Source of the DNA: an uncultured Alphaproteobacteria bacterium
Lineage (GTDB): Bacteria; Pseudomonadota; Alphaproteobacteria; RF32; CAG-239
DNA: 64,000 bases
Direction: 5' to 3'
Assembly (NCBI GenBank): GCA_944393695.1
Contig: CALYAY010000010.1
Span: forward strand, 994 to 64,993
The notes below the pieces were generated by a model. The model was not told where the DNA came from, ran no database searches, and worked only from the letters and a program-made list of their open reading frames with translations. Of this stretch, positions 56,501-64,000 are shown piece after piece; positions within the stretch are counted from its first letter, which is position 1; each line of letters starts with the position of its first letter. A program made the position numbers and the translations under genes.

Positions 56501-59453
56501 TTCTCCAGATAATCGAGTGTATTTAGGAGCCGGAAACGACATTTTTTATGGCTTCAACGGGAATGATGTCATTGACGGCGGAAACGATAAAGATGCAGAA
56601 ACTGATAAAAATATAATTTATCTAGGAGCCGGAGATGACGACTACAATGGTGGGGATGGAGTTGACATTGTCGATGGTGGTTCTGGAAATACCGGAAACT
56701 TGAATAAAAATATTTATGGTAACCTGGAATATTTTATGACAGATTCTGAAACTAATATAAATGATGTTAAATTAGAGGGAGGTAATGATGTATACATTGG
56801 AGGAAAGGGCTCAGATGAAGTAGATACTACCTGGGGTAATGATATTATTCTAACCGGCAAAGGAGATGATTATATTTACACTGATTTTTTTGATTCGAGA
56901 GATACAGATAAAAAGATTATCTATTTAGGAGAAGGAAGCGACAAATTTAATGGAGGAGCGGGAGATGATATAGTCGATGGAGGTTCTGGAACTAAATATA
57001 TATTTGGTAATGATAACGATCAATATTTTGAAACATTCACCCAAGAAATGTTATTAGATAATGAAAATGATGTAAATACAATTAATCTTGGAGCAGGAAA
57101 TAATATATACATAGGAGGTACGGGAATAGACAACTTAATTTCCAGAAATAATGCAGGAGAAAAAAATCATATCTGGTTGGGGGCTGGAAATGATACTTAT
57201 GACGGAGGAAACGGAGACGATATAGTTGATGGAGGCTCCGGAACAATAGGAGAATTGTCTAATGTTTTGCCTTTTATTAACATTCCTGAAGATATATTGA
57301 AGGACAGCCCAGAAGATACAAATACAATTAATTTAGGTCATGGAAATAATATTTATTATGGCGGGGCTGGAATAGATGTTGTGACCAGTGGTAATGGAAA
57401 TGATATCATTCAAGGAGGAAAAGGTAATGATATCTTGAACGGAGGTTCTGGTAACGATACTTATATTTATAACAGCGGAGATGGTTTTGATGAAATAACT
57501 GATACCTATGGAACAAATGAAATTGTTTTGGGTGAAGGGGTGCAGAGAGAGAATATAACGGCTGAATCTATAGCATCAAACAAAATCAAATTATATTTTG
57601 ATAACAATTTACAAGAAGGCATTAGTTTTGAAGGAAACCTTTCTTCAACAAATTTAGTGTTTGCAGATAATACATCTGTAAAAATTTCAGATGCAGGTTT
57701 CATTTTCAAACAACAAGATACAAATGAGAATATAACAGGAACCAAAGGAAATGATATTTTCTATGGAAATGGCGGAGATGATATAATTAACGGAGATGCA
57801 GGAGATGATATTTATATTTGGAATTTGGGAGATGGACTAGATACAATTAAAGATAAAAAAGGAAACAATATAATAAGGTTTGGAAAAGGAATAAAACTTT
57901 CAGATTTATCTTTTTCTCAAAATAATAGAGACTTGACGATAAATGTAAAAGGAAATGCTTCTGAAGGAATAACAATAAAGGAATATTTTATTGATCCAAT
58001 TAGCTCTTTAGACACAATCATACTAGAAGATGAACAACAAACATACCAAATTAATAATCTTAATATTGAAATAGATCACCCTCAAACAACGGAAGATACT
58101 CCTATTTATAGCACAAATGGGAATAATATTCTACATAATGCTCCAGGAAATAATGTAGTTTATTTAAATAATGGTAGTAACACTTTTCTTTGGAATATTG
58201 GTGATGGTATGGATATCCTCAGATTTGACGATTGCAATACTGGTGGAAAATGCAGTATTAAATTTGGTCCAGGAATTAGTGCTGAAGATTTATATTTCTC
58301 AACTATTGGAAAAAATGGAGTTGACTGGGATTATACAGATTTAAAGATATCTGTAAAAGGAAATGAAAATCAAGGAATCATTTTAGATGAATTTTTTGAT
58401 AAAAAAGTAATTAATCGTTTAGAAAAAATAATTTTTGATAATGGTGACGAACTGGCTTTAACCGATATAAAAATACATACGGCTTCTTTTAATGGTTCAG
58501 ATTATAATGACATTATCCATTATACTGATGGGATATACGCTAGTCATGGTTATGAGGGGAACGATGAAATGCACGGAGGGGATTCTGAAGACCAACTGGA
58601 TGGAGGAAATGGTGATGATTATTTATATGGATATAAATCCAATGACTTTTTAGTGGGAGGGGCCGGAGATGATACATATATCTGGAATCTAGGAGATGGA
58701 ATGGATACAATTTCTGATACTGATGATAATATAGGTGATACAATTTCCTTTGGTTCGGGAATTACATTCGAAGATTTAAAATTTATTGGAGATTTTGACG
58801 GATTAAGAATAATTATCAAAAATGACGAAACGCAAGGAATATTTATTCGTAATCAAATGCAATATGGAGATGTCAGAAGTTTAGATGAAAAAGCAGGAAT
58901 TGAATACCTGAAATTTAATGATGGAAGTACTGTTAATATAAAAGAAATAGGATTAAATCTTTATACTACAGAAGGAAGAAGCATTGATGGTTCTCCTTTT
59001 GATGATATAATTAATGGAGCCGAAAATGCAACATTAAAAGGCGGAGCCGGAAATGATACATATACCTACAATTTGGGTATGGGAGATTGTTCAATTGATG
59101 ATACTTCTGGTGAGAATGATAAAATTAAATTTGGAGAAGGAATAAGTTTAGATCAATTAAGTTATCGCACATATAGAGACAATCTAAATATCTCAATTGG
59201 TGATGGTAACAATAATATCACAATAAATAATTACTTTAGCACTAAAGAAAATTACCAGGGAAAAATTGAAACTTTAGAATTTGCTGATGGTTCTCAAATA
59301 AGTACCGATGCTGCTTTACAGCTGATTCAGGCGATGAACTCTTTTGGAGCCGACACGTCTTCAACAATGGATGCATTGTCCAATCCGACAGAAAATGTCA
59401 GCGATATGTGTAATCTCGCTGCCGGCTCGGATTTGATAAAGAAAGCAATCTAG
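53550..59453 (+). CDS. Giant (1967 aa) T1SS-type secreted protein with two tandem lipase-family-I.3-like alpha/beta-hydrolase domains, each followed by RTX GGxGxD nonapeptide beta-roll repeats, and a long C-terminal array of repeated beta-roll modules
   Basis: AAGGAG RBS. Domain 1 'YAILSKLAYENL...IYTISGTD...LTGHSLGGHLAGLLSKF'. Domain 2 at about aa 575 'CALLSKLAYEDL...NAIRGID...ITGHSLGGHLAGLVAKC'. More than 30 'GGAGNDxxxG' repeats. Recurrent 'GxGIxxxDLxFxxxxxDLxI' modules. No Cys-rich regions. Acidic C-terminus. Confidence 0.85.
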   Translation: MTTLSDSSTINISDEHKYAILSKLAYENLSPGNINSLDSEFSEVEKQYLEGYEVLDKISLNNGFQAYWLRDKSTKEIIYTISGTDSILDGGHLDFGDDISIGTYGMAIDQFISAYNYYQEMTHNNGDTIYKIEKSLNAPEDTAYIESEEGNLTVYYFLQETTNTNSAGNSSFANATLTGHSLGGHLAGLLSKFTGNQAYVYNAPGYSNFSVDGAFLDLSFVTADGDSSYYLSYVNAFASLFNKDFGDNNVTHIHTANGWDWVAGINDDKWSKSDIYTLYTGLDPRDYHSINGICTAYYAYETIKDIANGAESFHNDSTITSFNETFENVYKAYCLNKGEAYQELDYSEYANINQIISDINEWSETQKANGGVIKVDSFNHSTSLPITGTGGADIFYTGGGNDTVDAGAGNDIVYGIDLNGDNSAAASSTKTIDLGAGNDKYYGSNAKDNINCGTGRDYVDAGSGENYIDLGADNDKDTVIINNNASGVDTIVNFTSQDEINCIGGFNISSLQQIGNDMIIYGNNGNKIVFKDAVEKNSMPMLVQNNDTLLYWENGKYNEIKYNPYAMENPTEEHICALLSKLAYEDLTVGFNFDNLSKDRFAPAEIAYIKENFDVINVKNDIETGFFGCFLKNKKTGKIYNAIRGIDSNSLDEKDIIADNEIRNKGMAIEQFIAAYNYYIEVMTPSGSVSNKIVYSSQKPEGETNCVEDKTAGRYYYLRPWSGTSTLGNNTEIIITGHSLGGHLAGLVAKCVDNQAIVFNAPAYGAVKQQSKINYIADNGYVYQNINSHYLAIITRMLEGISSNSNIHAIYSNDYSEFADNIYSLWSIEKSLNTIASQSNPLSQSSINAISDTYYIYNTIKGIISGPDIFNNKENITIETAFDNVYQAYLLAHEKENITIPYENSSQIKEFADEIAIWRQKYSEYNILIDIKNQDSTKSASIRAEDGNNLIFIKNGKNSVTLGTGNDIVYATNIDKEIGTQETVSPDNRVYLGAGNDIFYGFNGNDVIDGGNDKDAETDKNIIYLGAGDDDYNGGDGVDIVDGGSGNTGNLNKNIYGNLEYFMTDSETNINDVKLEGGNDVYIGGKGSDEVDTTWGNDIILTGKGDDYIYTDFFDSRDTDKKIIYLGEGSDKFNGGAGDDIVDGGSGTKYIFGNDNDQYFETFTQEMLLDNENDVNTINLGAGNNIYIGGTGIDNLISRNNAGEKNHIWLGAGNDTYDGGNGDDIVDGGSGTIGELSNVLPFINIPEDILKDSPEDTNTINLGHGNNIYYGGAGIDVVTSGNGNDIIQGGKGNDILNGGSGNDTYIYNSGDGFDEITDTYGTNEIVLGEGVQRENITAESIASNKIKLYFDNNLQEGISFEGNLSSTNLVFADNTSVKISDAGFIFKQQDTNENITGTKGNDIFYGNGGDDIINGDAGDDIYIWNLGDGLDTIKDKKGNNIIRFGKGIKLSDLSFSQNNRDLTINVKGNASEGITIKEYFIDPISSLDTIILEDEQQTYQINNLNIEIDHPQTTEDTPIYSTNGNNILHNAPGNNVVYLNNGSNTFLWNIGDGMDILRFDDCNTGGKCSIKFGPGISAEDLYFSTIGKNGVDWDYTDLKISVKGNENQGIILDEFFDKKVINRLEKIIFDNGDELALTDIKIHTASFNGSDYNDIIHYTDGIYASHGYEGNDEMHGGDSEDQLDGGNGDDYLYGYKSNDFLVGGAGDDTYIWNLGDGMDTISDTDDNIGDTISFGSGITFEDLKFIGDFDGLRIIIKNDETQGIFIRNQMQYGDVRSLDEKAGIEYLKFNDGSTVNIKEIGLNLYTTEGRSIDGSPFDDIINGAENATLKGGAGNDTYTYNLGMGDCSIDDTSGENDKIKFGEGISLDQLSYRTYRDNLNISIGDGNNNITINNYFSTKENYQGKIETLEFADGSQISTDAALQLIQAMNSFGADTSSTMDALSNPTENVSDMCNLAAGSDLIKKAI

Positions 59454-59463
59454 TCAATCAAAC

Positions 59464-59503
59464 ATTATCCGGTTATCAAGTTCTTTCTTGATAACCGGAT
59501 AAT
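59464..59503. repeat. Perfect 17-bp inverted repeat (ATTATCCGGTTATCAAG-ttcttt-CTTGATAACCGGATAAT) directly after the giant gene stop
   Basis: Read directly in the sequence. Not followed by a T-run. Confidence 0.7.
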
Positions 59504-59529
59504 CCCAAATCTAAAAAGGAAAAAAATTA

Positions 59530-60222
59530 ATGACCAAAAATAACAAATCAATAAAAGATAAAAGTATTGCTGTCAAAACAAACTTTTTTACACAAGTATG
59601 GAAAAATTTGCGTGAATATCCGCTAGAAGTTGTTTTATATTTTTCTTTTTTTCTTCTTACATTATTTTCCTCTAAAGCCAATCATCTTTTTCTTTTTCCC
59701 TCGATACATCAGATTTTGTCAATCTTAATTGCGGGAATCTTTATCTTTTTTATATTAAAATATAAGAAAAGTTTTTTTGATAAAAATTTTTTCTACGTTT
59801 TTATTCTTCTTCACATTATTTTCTCGATTCTTCTTATTTATAATATGTATAGTGTAAAAATTAGAGGGATTAATTTCTTTTTCTTTCCTGCATTTGCCTG
59901 CTTCATGTATTTATTATCCCTCTTTAAATGGTATTCTAAGCAATTTGTAGTTAAAGTTTCGAATTATATATTTCTTCTGTATATTGTAGGAATAATAATA
60001 GCATTCTCTGTAAATTCTTTTTTTAGTGGAATTTTATTTCTTTTTATCTGTGACTATTATGCTATTTTTATGCTTTTATTTTTAATATTTTCTTCTCCAA
60101 ACGAAAATTCAGATGAATTAAAAAATTTTCAATCTGTTTGTCTGTTTATCTTTGGAGGCATTTCATACCCCTTAGTCTTCTTATATTTGACACCATTGGT
60201 AGCAAATATGATTTCCGAATAA
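59530..60222 (+). CDS. Uncharacterised Phe-rich polytopic membrane protein (about 6 TM helices). AT-rich.
   Basis: ORF between the two RTX genes, AAAGGA RBS, extremely hydrophobic. Confidence 0.4.
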   Translation: MTKNNKSIKDKSIAVKTNFFTQVWKNLREYPLEVVLYFSFFLLTLFSSKANHLFLFPSIHQILSILIAGIFIFFILKYKKSFFDKNFFYVFILLHIIFSILLIYNMYSVKIRGINFFFFPAFACFMYLLSLFKWYSKQFVVKVSNYIFLLYIVGIIIAFSVNSFFSGILFLFICDYYAIFMLLFLIFSSPNENSDELKNFQSVCLFIFGGISYPLVFLYLTPLVANMISE

Positions 60223-60245
60223 TAAAACTTTAGAGGAGAAAATCT

Positions 60246-63200
60246 ATGATAAGCTATTCATTAAAAATGCATTCATATAATGTTTATGGTACGAATGGTT
60301 CTGTAATTGCTCGTCATACAGGGTATAACCTTGTAGTTACAGATGACAATGGAAATGCAACCATTTATGGAGTAGATTTAGGGCCGGACGTAAATAATCC
60401 AGATAAAGCGTATATTTCTATAACAGAATCTACTGCTAAAAAGTTTATTTTTGTCAACAAAGAAAATCCAAATATTACACAAGAAGCTTATTGGGCTTCT
60501 GATACGACACAAGAAGATATTAACAAGTATGAATTTTATAATTCTGAAGAGTTGGCCTCTGGAGATGAGGCTCTAGAAGCATTTAACAAGATCAAATTAG
60601 AGGCAGCTTTAACAAATCTTGTTAATCAAATTGATTATGAACTAGGAATCCCATGGATTGATAATGGCCGAGTTTGTAATACAGCAACAAATTATTGGGG
60701 ATTGGAATATATTCCAAATTTTGATTCAAGTATTTACAATGATTTACCATCAAATGGTGAAGTCGGTTATTGGGGACACAATGATGACTATATAAATGCG
60801 GCAAACTATGAGCAAGCCCAAAAATTAAAATTTATTAATAATATTGTGGAACAACTTAGTCAATTAAATGCTATCGATGACATTTTAACAGACAACTATC
60901 CTTTTATTTCAGAAAAATACTTACAAATTTTACAGCCTTATTTAGAACGTGATTTTTTATATAAAGGAGAAGATATAACAGATATACTGACTAGTATTGT
61001 TATTGGTACATTACCTTTATCTAATGTAATAAATCTTAGTTACGATATAAAAGATAGCATTCGGGAAGCATATACTACAGCCGAAATCACCCGTTCACCT
61101 TTAGTAATTGACTTGGACGGGAATGGAATTGAAACCAATAAAGAAAATTCCACAGTTCATTTTGACCATGATAATAATGGTTTTGCAGAAAGCACAGGCT
61201 GGGTTGGCAAAGATGATGGTTTACTGGTTCGGGATTTGAACAATAATGGAGAGATTGATAATGGAACGGAGTTGTTTGGCAATAACTCCGTTCTTTCGTC
61301 TGGAGAAAAAGCAGCCAACGGGTTTGAGGCTTTAGCTGATTTAGACAGCAACGGAGATAATATCTTTAATAACCAAGATGAAGCCTGGAATCAGGTAAAA
61401 GTCTGGCAAGACGCCAATAGCAACGGTGTCGTTGATGAGGGAGAATTACTTACATTAGAGCAAGCTAATGTATCAGGAATTAATCTGGATTACAACTCTT
61501 CTTCAACAACCGATGAAAACGGCAATCAACACAATCAAACCGGTACATTCATCAAAACAGACGGCACAACCGGTTCAATTCACGATGTCTGGTTTGACGC
61601 CGATTATGCCGATACAATAGATAAAACAGAAATAACAATTTCCGATGATATTGCGGTTCTTCCCAATATTTCAGGCTTTGGCAATGTGCACGATTTGCAT
61701 ACGGCAATGGCTTTGGACACTTCTGGTGAATTAAAAAACTTGGTTCAGCAATATGCTACTGAAACAAATGTGGATAATAGACAAGAAATTCTGACTAACA
61801 TCATTTATCATTGGGCTGGTGTTCAAGATATGAATCCTAACGGACGAAATCCATCTTTGATATATGGTAATGTTTTGGGAGATTCTCGTAAATTGGAAGT
61901 ACTTGAAGAATTTATGGGAGAGGATTACTTGGGAACCTGGTGTTGGGGAGAACGGGACCCAAACCCGCATGGGCCGGCAGCTCCCTTTATTTTACAAGCT
62001 TTTGAAGATCTAAAAAATTATATTAATCACCAACTTCTGTCTCAAACACATTATAAATCTTTATTAGAAAGTATTATTCTAACATATAATGAAGAAACAA
62101 AGCAATGGACAGCAAATATTGATACTGCGATAACGATATTGAAAGATATTTATCAGAAAGATAACGAACAAGGATTAAATACTTTAAAAGAATTTTCAGG
62201 CTTGGTAACTAATAATTTTGCTTCAATAGCAGATATTGTTGTGAATGAATTTAAAAGTAAAGGAAATGCAGAAGGAGATCTTTTTACTTCAGAACTTTTA
62301 AATTTTGGAAATTACGTATTCGTAGCAACAGATGGAAATGATATTTTAAATGGAACAGAAGGAGCCAATTATCTAGACGGATATGCCGGAAATGATAATC
62401 TATATGGAAATAATGGCAATGATGTTCTTGTTGGAGGAGAAGGTAATGACTACCTAAACGGAGGAAATGGCGCAGATATATATAAATTTGAAATAGGTTT
62501 TGGTAATGATACAATTGATAATTCAGATAATAACGCTTCAAAAGAAGAACCAGACATTATTCAATTCGGAGAAGGTATATTACCGTCCAAAACAACTTTA
62601 GGGAGACAAGGTTTCGATTTAATTATTACAGTTTCCTATAATCCGGATGAAGAAGGTAATGTCAGAGAAGATGATTCTGTCCGAGTTTACAGCTATTTTG
62701 ATAAGCAAGGAACAGCTAGTGCTACAGTTGATTTTATTCAATTTGCCGACGGCACAAGTTGGGATTATGAATATGTTATAACTCATTGGAACAGCGTTCC
62801 TGACGTAAATGGCGGAAAAACATTCGAAGGAGATAATAATTTCAACACACTCAATGGAACAGCATACAATGATATTTTAATTGGCAATGGTGGAAATGAT
62901 GTTATTGACGGAGGAAATGGAAATGATCGTTTACTTGGAGGGACTGGTAATGATTATCTAGAAGGAGGATATGGAGATGATGTCTATCTATGGAATCTTG
63001 GTGACGGGATAGATACAATTGAAGATAAAGGAAATCATGATAAAATTTCTTTTGGAGATGGAATAACTTTTAACGATCTGACTTTCCAATGCACTAATGA
63101 AAATGATTTAAAAATATTTATAAAAGACAATGAGGGCCAAGGCGTTATAATCAAAAAATTTTTCTCCAGTTCAAATTATAAGATTGAAGAATTAATTTTT

Positions 63201-64000
63201 TCTAATGGTACTCAGGTTCACTTATCTGAAATTGGTTTGGTATTAAAACAGCTTTCATCTGATGAAATTATTAACAGTACTGACTTCGATGATATTATCT
63301 ATGGTAATGGTGGTAATGATACAATCCACAGCTATGACGGTGATGATGTTATTTATGCTGAGGGAGGCAATGATTACGTTTCAGGTTACGCCGGAGATGA
63401 TATTATCTATGGTGGTGATGGTAATGATACAATTTATGGAGAGAGCCGCCACCGGATTTATGACGAAGATGTCGGCACCGGAAACGATACTTTAATCGGA
63501 GGGAAAGGTGATGATTACCTCCGGGGTGGAAAAGGGAATGACATTTATATTTATAATCTCGGAGACGGGTCTGACACCATCAACGATGCCAACGGTCAGG
63601 ATACACTCAAATTCGGAGAGGGAATAAGTTTTGATGATTTGAAATTTACTCAAACCGGAGACGGAGAAAAAGATTTTTATATGACAATAAAAAATGATCA
63701 AAAACTTCTTCTTCAAGATTTAACAGATACATCCCGGGGAATTGATATTTTAGAATTTGCAGATGGTTCCAGTTTCAATGTAAAAGAAAATGGATTAACT
63801 TATTCTCAAACTGATGAAGATGAAACGATAGTTGCTTCCGATTTTGATGATATTATTTATGCTGAGGGAGGCAATGATTACGTTTCAGGTTACGTTGGAG
63901 ACGATATTATCTATGGTGGTGACGGTAATGATACAATTTATGGAGAGAGCCGCCACCGGATTTATGACGAAGATGTCGGCACCGGAAACGATACTTTAAT
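60246..64000 (+). CDS. Second large RTX-repeat protein (more than 1250 aa; the 3' end lies beyond the window). Novel N-terminal ~700-aa domain with EF-hand-like DxDxNG loops, then RTX nonapeptide repeats and duplicated ~168-aa modules.
   Basis: GGAG RBS then the ATG at 60246. Open in frame to the window end. 'LVIDLDGNGIETN', 'DLNNNGEIDNGTELFG', 'DLDSNGDNI', 'DANSNGVVDEGEL' loops. 'GGEGNDYLNGGNGADIY', 'GNGGNDVIDGGNGNDRLLGGTGNDYLEGGYGDD' RTX repeats. Confidence 0.8.
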   Translation, partial: MISYSLKMHSYNVYGTNGSVIARHTGYNLVVTDDNGNATIYGVDLGPDVNNPDKAYISITESTAKKFIFVNKENPNITQEAYWASDTTQEDINKYEFYNSEELASGDEALEAFNKIKLEAALTNLVNQIDYELGIPWIDNGRVCNTATNYWGLEYIPNFDSSIYNDLPSNGEVGYWGHNDDYINAANYEQAQKLKFINNIVEQLSQLNAIDDILTDNYPFISEKYLQILQPYLERDFLYKGEDITDILTSIVIGTLPLSNVINLSYDIKDSIREAYTTAEITRSPLVIDLDGNGIETNKENSTVHFDHDNNGFAESTGWVGKDDGLLVRDLNNNGEIDNGTELFGNNSVLSSGEKAANGFEALADLDSNGDNIFNNQDEAWNQVKVWQDANSNGVVDEGELLTLEQANVSGINLDYNSSSTTDENGNQHNQTGTFIKTDGTTGSIHDVWFDADYADTIDKTEITISDDIAVLPNISGFGNVHDLHTAMALDTSGELKNLVQQYATETNVDNRQEILTNIIYHWAGVQDMNPNGRNPSLIYGNVLGDSRKLEVLEEFMGEDYLGTWCWGERDPNPHGPAAPFILQAFEDLKNYINHQLLSQTHYKSLLESIILTYNEETKQWTANIDTAITILKDIYQKDNEQGLNTLKEFSGLVTNNFASIADIVVNEFKSKGNAEGDLFTSELLNFGNYVFVATDGNDILNGTEGANYLDGYAGNDNLYGNNGNDVLVGGEGNDYLNGGNGADIYKFEIGFGNDTIDNSDNNASKEEPDIIQFGEGILPSKTTLGRQGFDLIITVSYNPDEEGNVREDDSVRVYSYFDKQGTASATVDFIQFADGTSWDYEYVITHWNSVPDVNGGKTFEGDNNFNTLNGTAYNDILIGNGGNDVIDGGNGNDRLLGGTGNDYLEGGYGDDVYLWNLGDGIDTIEDKGNHDKISFGDGITFNDLTFQCTNENDLKIFIKDNEGQGVIIKKFFSSSNYKIEELIFSNGTQVHLSEIGLVLKQLSSDEIINSTDFDDIIYGNGGNDTIHSYDGDDVIYAEGGNDYVSGYAGDDIIYGGDGNDTIYGESRHRIYDEDVGTGNDTLIGGKGDDYLRGGKGNDIYIYNLGDGSDTINDANGQDTLKFGEGISFDDLKFTQTGDGEKDFYMTIKNDQKLLLQDLTDTSRGIDILEFADGSSFNVKENGLTYSQTDEDETIVASDFDDIIYAEGGNDYVSGYVGDDIIYGGDGNDTIYGESRHRIYDEDVGTGNDTL
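63351..64000 (+). repeat. Intragenic tandem duplication: an ~150-nt near-identical segment (4 mismatches) repeated with a 504-bp period (63351-63500 and 63855-64000)
   Basis: 'atttatgctgagggaggcaatgattacgtttcaggttacg..ggaga.gatattatctatggtggtga.ggtaatgatacaatttatggagagagccgccaccggatttatgacgaagatgtcggcaccggaaacgatactttaat' occurs twice. The second copy is cut by the window edge. Confidence 0.85.

Noticed and set aside
54700-59400. Highly periodic sequence in the giant gene, considered as a possible CRISPR or satellite array
   Set aside because: The periodicity is at the protein level: GGxGxD nonapeptides and ~60-aa beta-roll modules. It is open in one frame throughout and has no conserved DNA repeat/spacer structure.
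44640-64000. Searched for integrase, transposase, IS inverted repeats or a hlyC-type acyltransferase in the AT-rich accessory DNA
   Set aside because: None found by reading all six frames. Mobility of the region is therefore inferred from composition only and is not claimed as a defined mobile element.

Overview
This 64-kb window comes from a Gram-negative anaerobe. By eye it is about 50% GC and carries aerotolerance and oxidative-stress genes. I cannot assign a taxon beyond that.

The core region (1-44.6 kb) contains:
- aspS with tRNA-Thr, and a partial Bat (Bacteroides aerotolerance) cluster of a DUF4381 protein, BatA, BatB and BatD.
- An envelope-glycan block: a phosphoethanolamine transferase on the plus strand, convergent with a minus-strand run of GT2, a small TM1266-like putative regulator, hydG, rfbA, rfbB and an MsbA-like ABC exporter.
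- Housekeeping genes: rnd, arsR, xseB-ispA, pit with its DUF47 partner, a DsbA-like protein, a UvrA paralog, a flotillin and tRNA-Pro.
- An oxidative-stress cluster: a peroxiredoxin, a carboxymuconolactone-decarboxylase (CMD)-cupin fusion and a reverse rubrerythrin.
- Two DUF1566 proteins, one of which is a 697-aa Cys-rich secreted protein.

The accessory region (44.6-64 kb) is visibly AT-richer and mosaic:
- A small defence islet with an AbiEi/AbiEii type IV toxin-antitoxin pair and a stand-alone endonuclease-III-like glycosylase that keeps its Fe-S cluster loop.
- A host-GC hlyB/hlyD type I secretion pair with strong similarity to E. coli HlyB.
- Divergent from hlyBD, an AT-rich cargo block: a 1967-aa protein with two tandem lipase-family-I.3-like catalytic domains (GHSLGG) and a calcium-binding repeat (RTX, GGxGxD) beta-roll; a second RTX protein of more than 1250 aa (truncated by the window) that carries a ~170-aa module duplicated 504 bp apart; and two uncharacterised polytopic membrane proteins.
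- No hlyC acyltransferase, integrase or transposase is visible.

The most interesting candidates are the lipase/RTX/membrane-protein cargo block and the AbiE/glycosylase islet. I found no CRISPR array, rRNA, IS element or prophage.
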